Positions 39,375 to 53,135 of a stretch of DNA of 64,000 nt are shown here, one piece after another. A model generated the notes under the pieces. It saw only the letters and a list, made by a program, of their open reading frames with translations. It was not told the DNA's origin and did no database searches. Source of the stretch: Callorhinchus milii (Eukaryota); assembly GCF_018977255.1 (NCBI RefSeq), contig NW_024704743.1:35218001-35282000 (forward strand), read 5' to 3'. Every line of letters begins with the position of its first letter. The first letter of the stretch is position 1. A program made the position numbers and the translations under genes.

Positions 39375-39950
39375 GCATACACAGGATCAACTTCCACATG
39401 TATACGAATGACACCCAAATCTATTTTTTCTCCTATGCCACGACCCCAGGTCCACCAATGTTATGTCCCTTGTTTGTCCTTCCCTGCCCATCCCTCAGAC
39501 TCACCAAATCTGTATGCAATCTTGGCATCAGGTCCAATCCCCAGTTATCCTTCCTACCCCACATCCAGTTCCTAACCAGGACCAATTCCCTCCACCTCCG
39601 CCATATTGCCCAAATCTAACCATACCTCACACCCATCGCAGCTGAAACACTTAACTATGCTTTTGTCACTTCACCCTTTGATTTTTCCAATGCCCTGCTC
39701 GTCAGTCTTCCCACCTCCACAAAATCCAATTCATTCAATTCTGCCAACTGTGTCCTCACCTGCAACAAATTCCACACCCTCCTCAAACTCTACCAACCTG
39801 TCTGCTCCCTCCGCTCAGCGGTCACTGGTTTGCTAATGGATCCACTCTCTGGAACTTCATCTCGGAGTCCCTAAACCTTACCCCTTTCCTCACCTCCTTC
39901 AAGGTCTGCCTCAAGACCTTCCTCTTTGACTGCCCTTATGGTCATCTTTC
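39375..39950 (+). mobile_element. Degenerate L2 fragment
   Basis: MYTNDTQIY, VCNLGI, ctcaagaccttcctctttgac. Confidence 0.8.
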
Positions 39951-40984
39951 ATTCCTATATTCAAAGTGTAAAAGGTGTCTTAGCTTTTGCCAGTTGAAAC
40001 CTTACAATTATTTTCTCCACAGATATATTTTGATTGTGAGCTTCTCCCAAATTCAGGCCCTGTATTACCGTAATATAATGCTAGCAAAGTTTGCCATATA
40101 CTTAGACTAGGCAATACTGTAAGGGAAATTCATTTATATTATGTTATAAAGGTTGAAAGGTTAAATTTTAGTTTTCAAATGCTATCAAATATTGGGGAGT
40201 GGGAAAATAAAGCAACCAAATGTTTTGACTTGCATTCTTTGGTGATAATAAACCCTGGTTTCAGTTTGATTTGTAGAGTTGGTAAGGTTCGTTTGGTGGT
40301 GTAAGGGGTTTAAAATCGTGCAATATGGCTGAGGAGGGCAATCGTTTACCTTGATCTTGAGAAACTGCAGTTTGTTTATTTTTATTGTACCCTTGGACAT
40401 ATTTTTAAAATGCGGTGTTCTGCAGGTTTCAAAGTGAAAGGGCTGGGGACATGTCAGAAGACTCGACCAATCATTTTGAGTTATTGATGCAAATACAGGA
40501 CTGGTTCCTGCAGAATGACCTGCATTAGACAGAAGGTAGAACAGAGCATGTTGCAATGAAATGATGTACTTTGAAGGAACTAGGATGGGTGATGGTATTA
40601 GCACATCGTCTTTTCACCTCGAGGAGTTGTTTTCTTATGTAATTTCCTGATTTCTAAGTGATCAAGCAGAAAGGTCCCAGAATTAACCCTGGGTCTGCGC
40701 TAAGATTGCAGATTCTTTGGATGAGATGTTAAACCAAAGCCACATCGGCCTGTTTTCAGGTGGACGTCAAAAAGAGAAGGGAGTTTTTCTCTTGCGGTGT
40801 CCTGCCGAACAATTCCCCCAAATAAAATTGGTTATTCACTTCATGGCTGTTTATGGAACACTAGAACACTGCTGTGCGCAAATTGGATGCTGCAAATTGG
40901 TGCCACACAAAAAAAAAGGCACTACACTTTACAGTATATCCTGTGAAGTGCTTTGGGATGTCCCCCCGACTTGAAAGCCACTAT

Positions 40985-41618
40985 AACAAGATTACATTTG
41001 TATAGTGCCTTTTATGTCGGGAGGACGTCCCAAGGCGCTGAACAGTGTACAGCATTTCAAACCCTGAAAACTCTCCCGCCAATGGTAGGGCGGGTGGGCC
41101 GGGGGATGTGGAGCAGGCCAGAGCCGGCTGAGCGGAGGGAGCGGGCGGGTTGGTAGGGGGTTAGGAGATCGCAGAGGTAGGATGGGGCGAGGCCATGGAG
41201 GGCTTTGTAGGTGAGTACCAGGATCTTGAACTGGATCCTCTGAAGGATAGGAAGCTAATAGAGACGGGCGAGAATGGGGGAGATGGGGTCACAGCGTTTG
41301 GTGCGGGAGAGGATACAGGTTGCAGAGTTCTGGATTATCTGCAGCCTGTGGAGGGAGGAGTTGGGAAGGCCGGCAAGCAGGGCGTTTGCATAGTCAAGCC
41401 TGGAGGTGATGAAGGCATGAACAGCATTTCAGACCCAAGCAAGGGTCAAGGAGAGAGAAGGGAGAGGAGGGAAAGGGGGGTGGCCAATGGCATGGTCGAA
41501 GAGGAAGGTCTTGAGGCGGGACTTGAAGGAGGCTAAGGAGGGGGCAAGGCGGAGTGATTGGGGGATGGAATACCAGAGGTTGGGGACAGAGTGGCTGAAG
41601 GTTCTCCCGCCAATGGTA
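40985..41618 (-). mobile_element. L2 3' fragments
   Basis: Reverse complement of L2 C-terminal coding region (gcatagtcaagcctggaggtgatgaaggcatg) and tail. Confidence 0.85.
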
Positions 41619-41981
41619 ACTATACCAAATGTAAAGAATGGTATTATTACGTATCAGCTAAGGCAGCAGTCGGGACACTACAGTTGACCAGGGGAGAGGG
41701 GGAAATCAACCAATATTCCCATTCCTGATGCCTTTCCAGCAATCCCTGTTGGGAAGTCAGTGTCTATAGTTGATGTTTGCATGAGTTTGGGCTCAGTAAA
41801 AACTGTATGGGTGTGCACAGAAAGTGACCAGAAGCCATGGCAGCATAGCCCCATGATGAGACAATGTTGCTTTGAAAAGAGGGATGGAAATTGGAGTAGG
41901 AGGTGGAGGAGAAAGGCTGTTTATTGCAATTCTAAAGTAAACTGATGGTGAATCAAAATTCTATGTGATATTATCCTTCAC

Positions 41982-42370
41982 GCAGTCCTGTAGCTCAGTG
42001 GTTAGCGCTCGCGCCTCACAAGGGAAAGACCTAGGTTTGATTCCTAGCAGGACGAAATGTTGGGCAAGTTTCCTTACTCCACATGACTCTGTTTACCTAG
42101 CAATAAGTAGGAACCCAGTTGTTAGTCGATTGGCGGATTGCTTTTCTGGGGGTAATATAATTCCTTCAAAAATAATTGGTCACTTAAATCCATGACTTTT
42201 GGCACACTTAAATCTTGTGTTTGTGGGACACTGCTATGCTCAATTGGTTGCCAAGTTTCACTCGCAAAATATACAGTCAATTCACTTTCCAGTATATTCT
42301 GTGAAGCGCTTTGAGACGTCTTAAATACGTGATAAGGCGCTATATAAAATGCAAGGATTATTATTATTAT
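41982..42370 (+). mobile_element. tRNA-derived SINE type A
   Basis: Head, ctgtttacctagcaataagtaggaaccc middle and (ATT)n tail. Confidence 0.9.
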
Positions 42371-43554
42371 CATCCTTGAAGTACAAGACCATTTGATTGG
42401 TATGCAGGTATGCTGAATACCTGCACTTCCAACAGGTGGTACCAGCATTCAATGGGTGGAAATGTGTGTCCAAGCTGTGGGCTGTAAGATGGTGGCAATG
42501 CTCTCATGCATTTCATGCTGAATTGCATTGCTCACCAGCAAACTCAAGGGCACATCTGGTAGCCACTATCCACTTTGAGGGCTCAAATCTGAGTTTGTTG
42601 CATTAAAGCCCATTATTGCACCTCTTTTTAATGCATTTGGGGATTTTAAGGATCCTAAACACTGTGTTATAATGAGGCTGCACAGTATTTCCAGAATACA
42701 CTATGAAAGGGAATGGAGGCCCAAAGCCCCCACCTCCTCCACCCTGGTAGTGTTTGTGTTTGTGTGAGAGAGAGTTGCATACCTGATTTTTAGTTGACAC
42801 AGCAATGACTCTTTTCAAACACAGTGTTTTGGAAAGGAGTCTTGTTGCTGAGTAAACTATTGAAATGTACCATTTTCGAAAGGGCACAGTTTTTCTTTAT
42901 CCTTTAACTAGCTGTCAGTTTGTTAGTCAGGCTCCACTCTCTCTTGCTTTAAGACAGTGCTCATGGTAAATCTATGTTTGTTCCGACTGCCTTCAGATAA
43001 ATCGAGATCAGAGCTTCAGTAGTCTGCCACAAATTTGTCTGTGTCATCCTGATCAGCTGATTTCCAGGCCTTAAGGCCACCCAGGTTTCTGACAGATGTT
43101 TGATGCATTCCTGGCAATCACAAGCCATATATTACTGTCACCTGTTGTGTGCCATAAATTGTTATATGAAAGTTTGATGTTTAATCTGAAGTCTTTCGGT
43201 TTATTGATTGAAGTCATGTATTCACTGAAATTGGCTTTACCGGTACTGCACCAACTTTGAACAACAGGGAGCCCAAACAAAAGGTTAGATGTTCTGCTTC
43301 ACGTTATTGCCACATTGAATACTCCCAAAATCCATTAGCCTGACCTTAAAAATTTAAAAATTATAGTTAATTACCCATAAAACTGATATTATCTGTATAA
43401 AAATAATCTAATAGATACTAATAATCCTTGCATTTGATATACCACCTTTCATGTTGGGAGGTCGTCCCAAAGCTCTTCACAGGATTTACAGACCAAAAAT
43501 ATTGGCCACCACTGCCTTAGATGAAGTATTCACCAGTGAGTTATGGTTTGAATC

Positions 43555-43790
43555 TTTTGCAACTTCTTCATGCAGAGGGTGGTAAGAGTGGAACACACTG
43601 CCCAAAACAGTGATTGAATCTGATAGTATAGATGCATTCAAGAGGAAGCTAGATGTACATATGAGAGAAGGATGAGGGAGGAAATAAGGAGTGGGTGGCA
43701 ACTCATGTGCAGTATAAATGCCAGTATGGACAAATTTGGGTCAAATGGCCTGTTTCAATGCTGTCCATTCTATGCAAATCTATGATTCTA
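43555..43790 (+). mobile_element. CR1 3' end
   Basis: ttcttcatgcagagggtggtaagagtggaacacactgcc...ttcaagaggaagctagat...tctatgattcta. Confidence 0.82.
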
Positions 43791-44805
43791 CCTTATTGTC
43801 TGATTATGTCCTATCCCAGCCAAGAGGACTGTGAGGTGACTTCATGACAACCCTCTGCCAATGCTGCTGTATAAGCAGCTGCTGACTAGTGCATTGTGCC
43901 TGTCCTTTCCTCTTGTCTTGTAGAGAAACCCTGGGCACCATTCAATGCATCCCTATGATGGCACATAAGTCCAGCATTCTACACCCTGAATTAAGTCATT
44001 TTATTAATAGATTTAATTTTATCCTCTGCTGACATTTTTTCTGCCATCTTTCTCTTACATTCCCCTGAAGCCAATGAATCTTGCTGGGATGTATTTTCAC
44101 TGAATGCCAGTAGATTGTAGATAGCTAGCCCACGGGTGATCATTCTTGCATGAGCAAGTGTCAATGGGCTGTTTGAACAAGAGAAAAATCTTGATATCAG
44201 CTTCACTGCTTTCCACTGGTCGTCTCTGCACTACAGTGAGTCTGTTAATACTTGTATTATATTTAGTTCAAATGTATTGAAAAATTTAAGAATTTTTAAT
44301 TTTTAAAAATACACAAATATTCTGAATGCATTTCTCTCTCTCTTTCTCCCTCTTCTCTCCCCTTTTCTAGTCAGCATAACTTCCCCTTTGGCCAGAATTT
44401 TTTAACACAAAATTTGCAATTAGGGGCAAGTACAAGCACCAAAACATTGACAGGTAATTAGATGTCCTAAAGCTAGTTTAAATTTCTGTTGCAAATGTGA
44501 TTATATTAGAATTTATAAGGTAAATGGTGACAAGATCCTGAGGAGTAATAATATAAATGTGCTGAAAATATAAAATTATAAACTTTTGTCTTTGTGCCAT
44601 TCTCAGTGAAAGCATTTTGTTATATTATCAAGGTAGACAAAGCAAGCCTAGACTAATACTTTCAATTGCAGCAAACCAAGACAGCACAGGATAAGGGTTA
44701 TGAAAAACAATTTTGGATAAGACATCGGGAAATATTTATTTTCATATATGGAATGGGTTACCAAGCAAAGTGACTGGGGCAAAGATATTTAAGAAACAGC
44801 TTAAT

Positions 44806-44990
44806 GATAATAATAATAATAATAGTAATAATCCTACATTTGATGTAGTGCTTTTCACGTCTTCGAAACATCTCAAAACGATTCACAGAATATACTGTAA
44901 AGTGAATTGACCGTATATTTGTGGGCGAAACGCGGCAGACAATTGCGCACAGCAATGTCCCACAAACAGTCGTGGATTGAGTAACCAAAT
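44806..44990 (-). mobile_element. 5'-truncated copy of the young SINE (3' half)
   Basis: Tail plus gcgcacagcaatgtcccacaaacagtcg segment. Similar tail-only pieces occur near 3390-3500, 9172-9275, 14020-14096, 17922-18040, 50605-50745 and 63008-63100. Confidence 0.85.
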
Positions 44991-45315
44991 TGTTTATTTA
45001 TTTATTTATTTTGAATGTAATGGTACATGAGATCAAAAGGGCCAAAGGATCTGGGTTATCTGTACCTCTCTTGTTATAGCACAATCATTAATTTTGTAAT
45101 GAAATGCAACTTGGTTCATGTGCATCTAAACTGCTTCACTGTGCCCACAATATATATTTTGTTTATTGAAGTTACTTTAGTTGTCACCTCTTGTAGGATT
45201 TCGGACCCTGGGGGTCAATTGAACAGCAATAGAACAACAATGTTCATCCATGTCTGCCATTGTGACTATGTAAGAAGTTAAAGAGAGATTATTTCTCTCT
45301 TTTTTTCTTTCTTCC

Positions 45316-45627
45316 TAATAATAATACTTGCATTTGATATAGTGCTTTTCACGTCTTCTAGACGTCTCAAAGCGCTTCACAGAATATACTGTAAAGTGAA
45401 TTGACTGTATATTTGTGGGCGAATGCGGCAGCCAATTGCACACAGTGGTGTCCTACAAACAGTCGTAGATTGAAAATGACCAATTTATTATTGTTTTTTT
45501 GCTTTGGAGGGATTATTATTAGACGTGTGGAGTAAGGAAACTTGCCCAAGGTTTCGCTCTGCCTGGAATTGAACTCAGGTCTCTCGCTTGCAAAGCGAGT
45601 GCTCTGACCACTGAGCTACAGGACTCC
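45316..45627 (-). mobile_element. tRNA-derived SINE type B (B1-type head and middle, B2-type tail)
   Basis: Full-length copy; diagnostic bases compared by eye with the other copies. Confidence 0.92.
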
Positions 45628-47010
45628 ATGGAGAAGTACTGTATCTGCCTTACACTCAGCTGTTCTTATCTACTCAAATTATTTCATTGAAAGATATTGT
45701 TGGTAATGTCAACAAAGTTTAACTTTCTTTCACATTTTTGAATACACTTGGCTGGTCGGACCAATGGATCGGGTCTGGTGAGCTGGAATTTCTGGCTTGG
45801 TGTAATTAGAGTTTTGGTACTGGCATCTACTGGCATTCTGATTGTTTGAACAGCGAGTAAGCTACCTTCTGCTTGCAGGATTCAAACAATCTGAGTCAAA
45901 GTCGATATACCTGGCCACTGTGAAGGCCAACAAGGATGGTGAGGCTGCTCAGTGCAGCGTTGGAATGGGCTAATGGAGTTAGGAGGAGTCGACATACCCA
46001 CTGGCCTGTGGAAATTTTGAAAAAATGTTTCTTGGTTTCGGACCCGGTCCATCCAGGTTATGGTACCTGAAGGATGACATTTCCAACAATGCATTGCACT
46101 CGAGTGTCAGCTTAGACTTTGAGCTCAAATTCCTGATCTGGAGATTAAACCAAAACCTTGTGGCTCAGAGGCAAAAGTGGAACAAACAGAATCAGGCTGA
46201 CATGTGACATTTGATAATTTTAATGAAAAAGAGACAAGTCTTTGAACTATATCTAAAAAAAATCAGATAATGTGAGAAATTGATGAATAAGTTGACAGAA
46301 GCCCATTTGGTACATGAAGCCTGTTGGTTCACTCTTCAGACATGTACAGTTTTTCCTGACCAGGTATTGTGGTTCACAGGTAATGTAGGATTTGGAGCTC
46401 TCCAAAATTTACTTTCCATAGCTCTGTTATGCTTGGCCTTGTCATGGGTATGCCGCATGAGATGAAATTGGGAGAGTGAGTGTTAGAAAAAACGTACAAA
46501 ACGAAAGTTGACTGTTTTCCATGTTATAATTATCGTATTGACATTAGAAGCAAAGCATCCAACGTGTTCTGAATATTTGTGTTTCATGTGCTCTCTTCTG
46601 ATAAATTGGACTCAGTTTCCTGAACCAAGAAGATAAATCATCCAATTTTAATAGCTGTTACTTTCTAACTGAGTTACTTTTACACTATTCTCATGTATAC
46701 CTGTCACACTGGATCGATGTAATAGCCAATTCATTCATAAGGTTAACATTTAGAAATGAGCCGCTGCCTGACTGTTGTAACAAGGCTTGCATGGCTGCCA
46801 ATGATCCATTCTTGCTGACAGTGCTGGCTTATTCTAGCTACTTCTTTCATGCAAGTTCCATCTCTGAATATACTTATCATAAAGTTCAATGAGTGTGAAT
46901 TGTGAAAGTCAATGATTTATAAAACAAAGCGTTTTTAATATTGATTTTCTTTTTAATTTGTAGTTATCAAACAATAGATCTGATTTCACCCTTGTAGATG
47001 ACATATGAAA

Positions 47011-47356
47011 ATTCCTGTAGCTTAGTGGTTAGAGCACTTGTCTCGCAAGCGAGAGACCTGGGTTTGATTCCCGGCAGGAGAAACCTTGGGCAAGTTTCCT
47101 TACTGCACACGCCTCTCTTTACCTAGCAGTAAGTAGAAACCTGGTTGTTAGTCGATTGGTGGATCGCTTTTTGGGGGTAATGATTCATCACTTCAATCCA
47201 CGACTACTTGTGGGACACTGCTGTGCACAATTGGCTGCCGCGTTTCATCCACAAAATATACAGTCAATTCACTTTACAGTATATTCTGTGAAGCACTTTG
47301 AGATGTCTCGAAGATGTAATAAGGCACTATATCAAATGCAAGGATTATATTATTAT
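47011..47356 (+). mobile_element. tRNA-derived SINE type A
   Basis: Same structure as 951-1315. Confidence 0.9.
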
Positions 47357-47894
47357 ATGACTGCCACCACTACCAGTTTCAAAAAGATGTACATTGCAGT
47401 AATGAGCCTACTGAAAAGACCACCAGTTAATTGCAATCTTCTTCTGTTCCTGTGTGATTGAGTGTTTTTTTTTAATCAGTTTTAATGAATGTGCTTAGTG
47501 ACACCATCTGTGTTAGGTGCATTTGTAGACACTGAGGGGTGGTATACGTAAGAAGTTGCAGCACAGAAACAGGCCATTTGGTCAACTAGTCTGTGCTGGT
47601 GCTTATTCTCCATAGAGCCTTCAACTCTCCTAATCTTCTCTCCTACATCCCCGATTGCCTTCTCTTTCATGTATGCATCAAGGTTTGTTGAAGAAAATAT
47701 GACTTGTAGCAATTACTGTTATACAATATCAGATTTACAAACATTATAAATTAGACAGGAAAAGTTATATCTAGCAGAATTAATGCTTTCAGTTGTGTTT
47801 CTTGTACAGGATACAATGAATGTATATAAAATAGACCTACATAGAGTGATTCAGCATAGAAACAAGCTATTTGTCAAATACATTTGTGTGGAAT

Positions 47895-48323
47895 TCTCCG
47901 GGGAGGGGGGTAATGTGGCCTCCTTGGAGCTGAACCGGCTCTAAGGTGACATGCTTGGAGCAGACTAATCATTGGGGGTAGGGATAGGGTGGTGGGTTTG
48001 GGGGTAGACCAGTCACCGGCAGGAAGGTTGCCAGACAGTGCTTTCAATTGCAAGCTATGTGGTTTCAGCTGGTTAGACTCCAGAAGTATCCAAAGCACAC
48101 TTTGGGGTCCCCAAGCCTTGCCAACCTGCACCAAATCTGTCTAGCATTAGGTAAAAAGGATGCGTCCCTCTGGGGGGGGAAAGTGTGCTTTCCATTCAAA
48201 ATACAGGAAAATTTCCATGTAGAGATGGGATGCATGGAATTCTTGTTTAGTTTGGATAGTCTTAAGCATGGTGAGGAGTTTCTGCATGTTTCAGATATCT
48301 GGCTGACAAAAAAGCCAAGGGTA
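47895..48323 (+). repeat. Unclassified interspersed repeat (~430-490 bp)
   Basis: Homologous to 50936-51426, 57065-57300, 2966-3080 and 59661-59790 (minus). Confidence 0.7.
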
Positions 48324-50935
48324 CCTTACGTTTAAATGTATTGTGTCTGTGTACACCGATGGAAAGGTAAATCAAGTCCTTTTAAATGTTTATATCTTGT
48401 GCACCCCCATTATAAGCAAACAACATCCACAACAAGCCTTAATTCCATGCAATTGCCTTGATTGTTGCTGTTGCTAGTGTTTAAAGGGTTAACATATGCC
48501 TCCCTCCTCTTCTTTGTCAAAGGCTCATAGCACCCCCCACCCCCCACAAACCAATACAGCAGGACTCCCTGGGAAGTTAGTTGGTTATAGTTGGTTCAAA
48601 CAACTTTAGACAGCCTCATCCAGTCTATTGATCTTTATTTAGTGAACCTTCCTTCTTTCGGGTCAAAGAGTGGGGTTCTCAGTAGAAGTAATCAGCAAGT
48701 GCTAGAGTCAATCTAATTACTTTATTCAATCTCCCAGCAGATGACAGGAAGAAGAATTGGAGGAAGGGAGTTTTCAAATCTGATGCCTTTTTGTATGCAT
48801 ATTTTAGAGCTGGAAATGAAATGGCACAGAGATGCCAGAACAATGACTTGAACTTTAGAGATACCAAGCCTTCCTCCTCATGCTTTCTAATGTGCCTCAA
48901 TTATCTTTGAAGATTTCTTTCAAATTTGTAACTCCTGGTGCTTGAATTCACATTTGAGTGCTGGCGAAATGTCAGGAGAAGGTGGTCCACTTGCAGTTTA
49001 CAGGTTATTGGAATGACGGGCGTAGTTGACTTGATTTTGGCATTTAAAGAATTAAACTGTAATATCCAACTTTCTCATTCCTGTTAATTTAGTTTCCTTT
49101 AATGTACAGTTATTAAGGTTATGTACCATGTTTACTGCTAGTGAAATAACACGGTTAAACAAATCACAACTGGCAGGGAGAAGACTAAAATGAGCAACTT
49201 ATAACATAAATATTTAATTGCGAACAAAATCTCCCTTTCAACAAAGGAACCTCAACGTGTGAAACTTGTTGCATGGTAATAAATTTTTAACAACTGTACT
49301 TTCTTTTTAGGATTTTATCACTCAAAAACAAGACAAGGAAATGGATAAGCATAAAAAGATTCTCTCCTCCCCCACCCCAAAAAAAAGAATAGGCCAGTAA
49401 CTACAGTATTATATGGGGAATAAGAAACATTCAGAAATGCAGCCTTGGTAATAACTATCGGTCCAATGTCATGCACAGTATCTGAAAAGGTTGAATAAGT
49501 TAGAATGAAATACCTGGATAATTATGTGTTATTTTGCTTTCATTGACTTAGAATGGGACCTCCTGTGAGAAGGGATGAAGTAGATCCAACATCATCTGGC
49601 TGAGGCTTGGGAATGTGGGCAGTGCCAAACTATCCTAGCTATCAATGGTCATTTCACAAGGCAGGATTCCCTTTATTTGTTGGGTCCCACATGTATTGAT
49701 TATTGTTGATAATTAACAGTGTTGATTCAGGAGAAAGAAGATTTCACATGAAATGACTTGGGATCTAATGGACACATTTTCAGACTGATCTTACTGGACT
49801 GCACATTACTCTGTAGGGAGCTTGTTGAAAGAGAGCTTGAAAGAGCTCTGGGTATAACGTAAGGAATGAAGTCAATATGGCTCATTGAGTAAATGCTCCA
49901 TCTGCTGGGTCATTGACTCAGAACAACCAGGCAGTGATGCATTGGACAGAAAGCCTTGTTTTATTTTTGCCCCTATTACCAGGCTTTCCAGTTTGTTTCC
50001 TGACAAAATTGAATGTTCATTAATATTTTAACACTACTTTTACCTATTGTAGAAGTCTGCTCAAGGCAGAGGAGAGGGAGGACAACGTGAGATGTGATTC
50101 TTTTAGGCAGGAGCTTATTTTAAATGCATTGTCTAAACCAATGACAGCTAACAAGGTTGATACATCTAAAGTTGAAAGAGGTGATTTTGTGCACCAACAG
50201 ATTAAAACACGTTGAGAAGCTGAAAAAATTCACCCAGTCTTACCACAGATATTCTAACACTAATACAAAGTACTTGATTCTTCTATTTAAGCCTTTCAGT
50301 TTTCCAACACTATTGATTTTTCTACCTAGAAAACATGAACTCACAAAAGAAACATTGAAGTCTGTCCTCTGAGAGCTTCATGCCTGTTTCCCTTTCCATT
50401 TTTTTTAAATGAAAGAAGCTAGCAGCTACATTCTTGTATATGTATTTTCCATTGTCTATTCCCAAAAGTCCCCAATCTTGTTTCTTCATCTCACATTCTA
50501 CATTATTTTGCTTCGCGGTAGTCAAATAGGGTCATTCATAAAATCTAGATGTTGCTTTCACTCTGACGTACAGCTTCATAAATAGATAATGCGTGTCATA
50601 ACAATGTTAATAATAATAACACCTCCACTTGATACATCGGGAAGACGTCTCAAAGAGTTTTTCATACGATATACTGAATAGTGTAGTGACTGTATTTTTA
50701 GGCCATTGCAGCAGCCATTTTGAGCCCAGCAATGCTCCACAAACAGCTGGCTAGTTTGAGCATAAATATGGAACCTGCGCTTACTTTATAACTTTATTGC
50801 TGCACATGTCTATAGTAGCTTCTGGAGGTCAAAAATGTCTGACAGGTTAAAACTCAACCTCCCATCTGTTCATCGAAATTTACAATCATCTGCATGGTTT
50901 AAAAAAAACGGACATTTCAACATTAATTACTAATT

Positions 50936-51426
50936 ACTTCCTTGGGGGTGAGTGGGTGGGGGTGGTTTAGCAGGGTTTGCTTGTGGCTGAGCTGGCTCCA
51001 GTGTGATGAGGTTGGCAATGGAATGTTAGAATCAAGTCAACTTTCTATGGGGTCTCAGGAGTTAGTTCCTGATGACAGACCAGTCAGCCTCGCTTGTCAG
51101 GGGACATGGAGAGGCAGGAATTCCTCCCTTTTGGAGTCTGCCCAGTGTGGTGGTCCCAGCTGGACAAGCTTGCCACTATGCGCTCAATGACTGTGCAGCT
51201 TTAGCTCTGATGCATGCTCTGGAGTCCTCGAGCCTCTCACCTACCTGAGCCTAATACCTTCTGGAATTAGCTAAGCAGGGTGGGTTCCTCCAGGAAGAAA
51301 GAGTGCACATCCTGTTCCAAACATGAAATCTCCATGAGTAGGCGGCATACACCTGTAAAGTTCTCAAGACTGGTTTGGATACTTTTAAGCATGGGTATCT
51401 CCTTAGATACTGGTTGGCCAATAAAA
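50936..51426 (+). repeat. Unclassified interspersed repeat, diverged copy
   Basis: Shared cttgggggt start, ctggctcca, agaccagtca and tttggatacttttaagcatgg motifs. Confidence 0.6.
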
Positions 51427-52857
51427 TTAACTATGTAGCAGGTATCAAGTGGACTTATCCCTCCCCAAATTCCCAGAGTTGAGGAATGGCATATCCCAAA
51501 TTCACAATTATTCACATTTTTTAAAAAAAACTTCATGCTCCGGGGTACAATCACGTAACCTGTAGTAAACATGCATCGTTCATCACCTTTAATGCCTCAA
51601 AAATTAGATTACGTAACCTTATTTTCCCAGTTGAATCATTCTAGTTTACAAAATCTGACATGAAATATTGAATTGTTTTACAAATTACATTAAAGGTCAT
51701 TTGTTGTGTCATTATTCTAAGGGAATAGTCATGCCATCAAGATCCTTTTCACACTCAAATTCGTGCAATGATTTAGTTGAGGTGTAGGCCTCAATGAGGC
51801 AAATTATGAGTGGTCGATGCAATTGATGTTTTTTCTTTGTTCCATGCTTTCTTATGTTACCCCAACTTGTGTGTTGACAGTTATAAACTGTAGCTGCATC
51901 AGAATTCATCAACAGAATCCTGAATTGCAACCTTCTGATGCTAATTTTATTTCTAATGGTTGATTGGTCTTGGTGGCTCTACTGTTTCTTGTAAGGATTA
52001 CCAAGATCAAAACTCACCTGCCATTAGCATTGCTTGGCATGTCTAATCTGAATGACAGTAAAGTCCATCTGACATCAGCACTTCAACAGCTGGCAAACGT
52101 GCCCATATCTGGCTAGCCCTAATTCCCTATCTTCCTACCCTGCCCGACACCACTGCTACAACTGCCACTTCCAAACCGGTTGCCACTGTTAAACCCAGTC
52201 GTAAGTTCTACAGCTTTAGCTCATTCCATTAGCAACTGGGCATATATATTTATCCACATCAGGAACTACTGATCTTGGTTGAGCAGTGTTCCCTAACCCT
52301 ATATTTCTGCCATATTATTCCCTACATTTTGTCCCTAATCCTGGAAATCCAAGGAGAGGAATTGGGTGCAAATTAGGCACTGTCCCTAAACTTGCCTTTT
52401 CGTGTTTGCCCCGAGGCCATCCATGAGGAAACTTTATTTTTCCCCTACAGCTTACTTGAAAGCTTCTTATGCTAACATAATGCTCTTAATGATCAGCGGG
52501 ATTTAAGCAAAAACACAGTTTCATTTTACTGACCCTACTTCAATATTGAATTATTTCACAAACTCTTGATATAATCATTGTTCGATTCCTTTCTTCACCT
52601 CATTAACTCCTTGGTGAGGTAATTCCCTGAATTGTACCAATTTCCCTCATTTCCCTTAGGGTTTGAATTTGTTTATTCTCTTGCATTTGTCGTGTATATC
52701 GTGTGTGTTCACTTAAACAGTGGGGGCTTTCTGGATGATTTCTGTAGCCAGTGTGTGAAGTTCCGGTAGAAGTGTATTTTTTTGTTCCTGTGATTTTTAA
52801 TTTGGGAAACATTGATTTGTAGGACAAAGGAGTCATTTTTGAATCAATGATGTTACA

Positions 52858-52895
52858 TGTATTGTATTGTATTGTGTAGTATTGTATTGTATTGT
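52858..52895. repeat. (TATTG)n microsatellite
   Basis: Seen directly. Confidence 0.9.
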
Positions 52896-53135
52896 TAGGG
52901 CTTCTGATTTTCAGTTTTAATTGATAAATACTTTTAAAAAAATGAAATTGGTGATTATATTTTCCCCGATTTTATATATCTGCATAGAACTTGGATACTT
53001 CTAAAAATAAACCTTGAAAATGTAATTAATGAACACCAAAAAACAGAAGCCCTATTGTACAGGAACGAATGCAGTAGATTTTTTTTCTTTTTAAAAAAAA
53101 CTGTGTTTCTTTTATCTAGGTTTCCATTAACAACC

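Noticed and set aside
53055..53135. ORF-track extension of FARS2 upstream ([12 protein letters not shown]...) and past 53744 (VRVDGDVV...)
   Set aside because: These parts are the intronic polypyrimidine tract/UTR and read-through past the donor. The true ATG is 53136 and homology ends at the GT at 53745.
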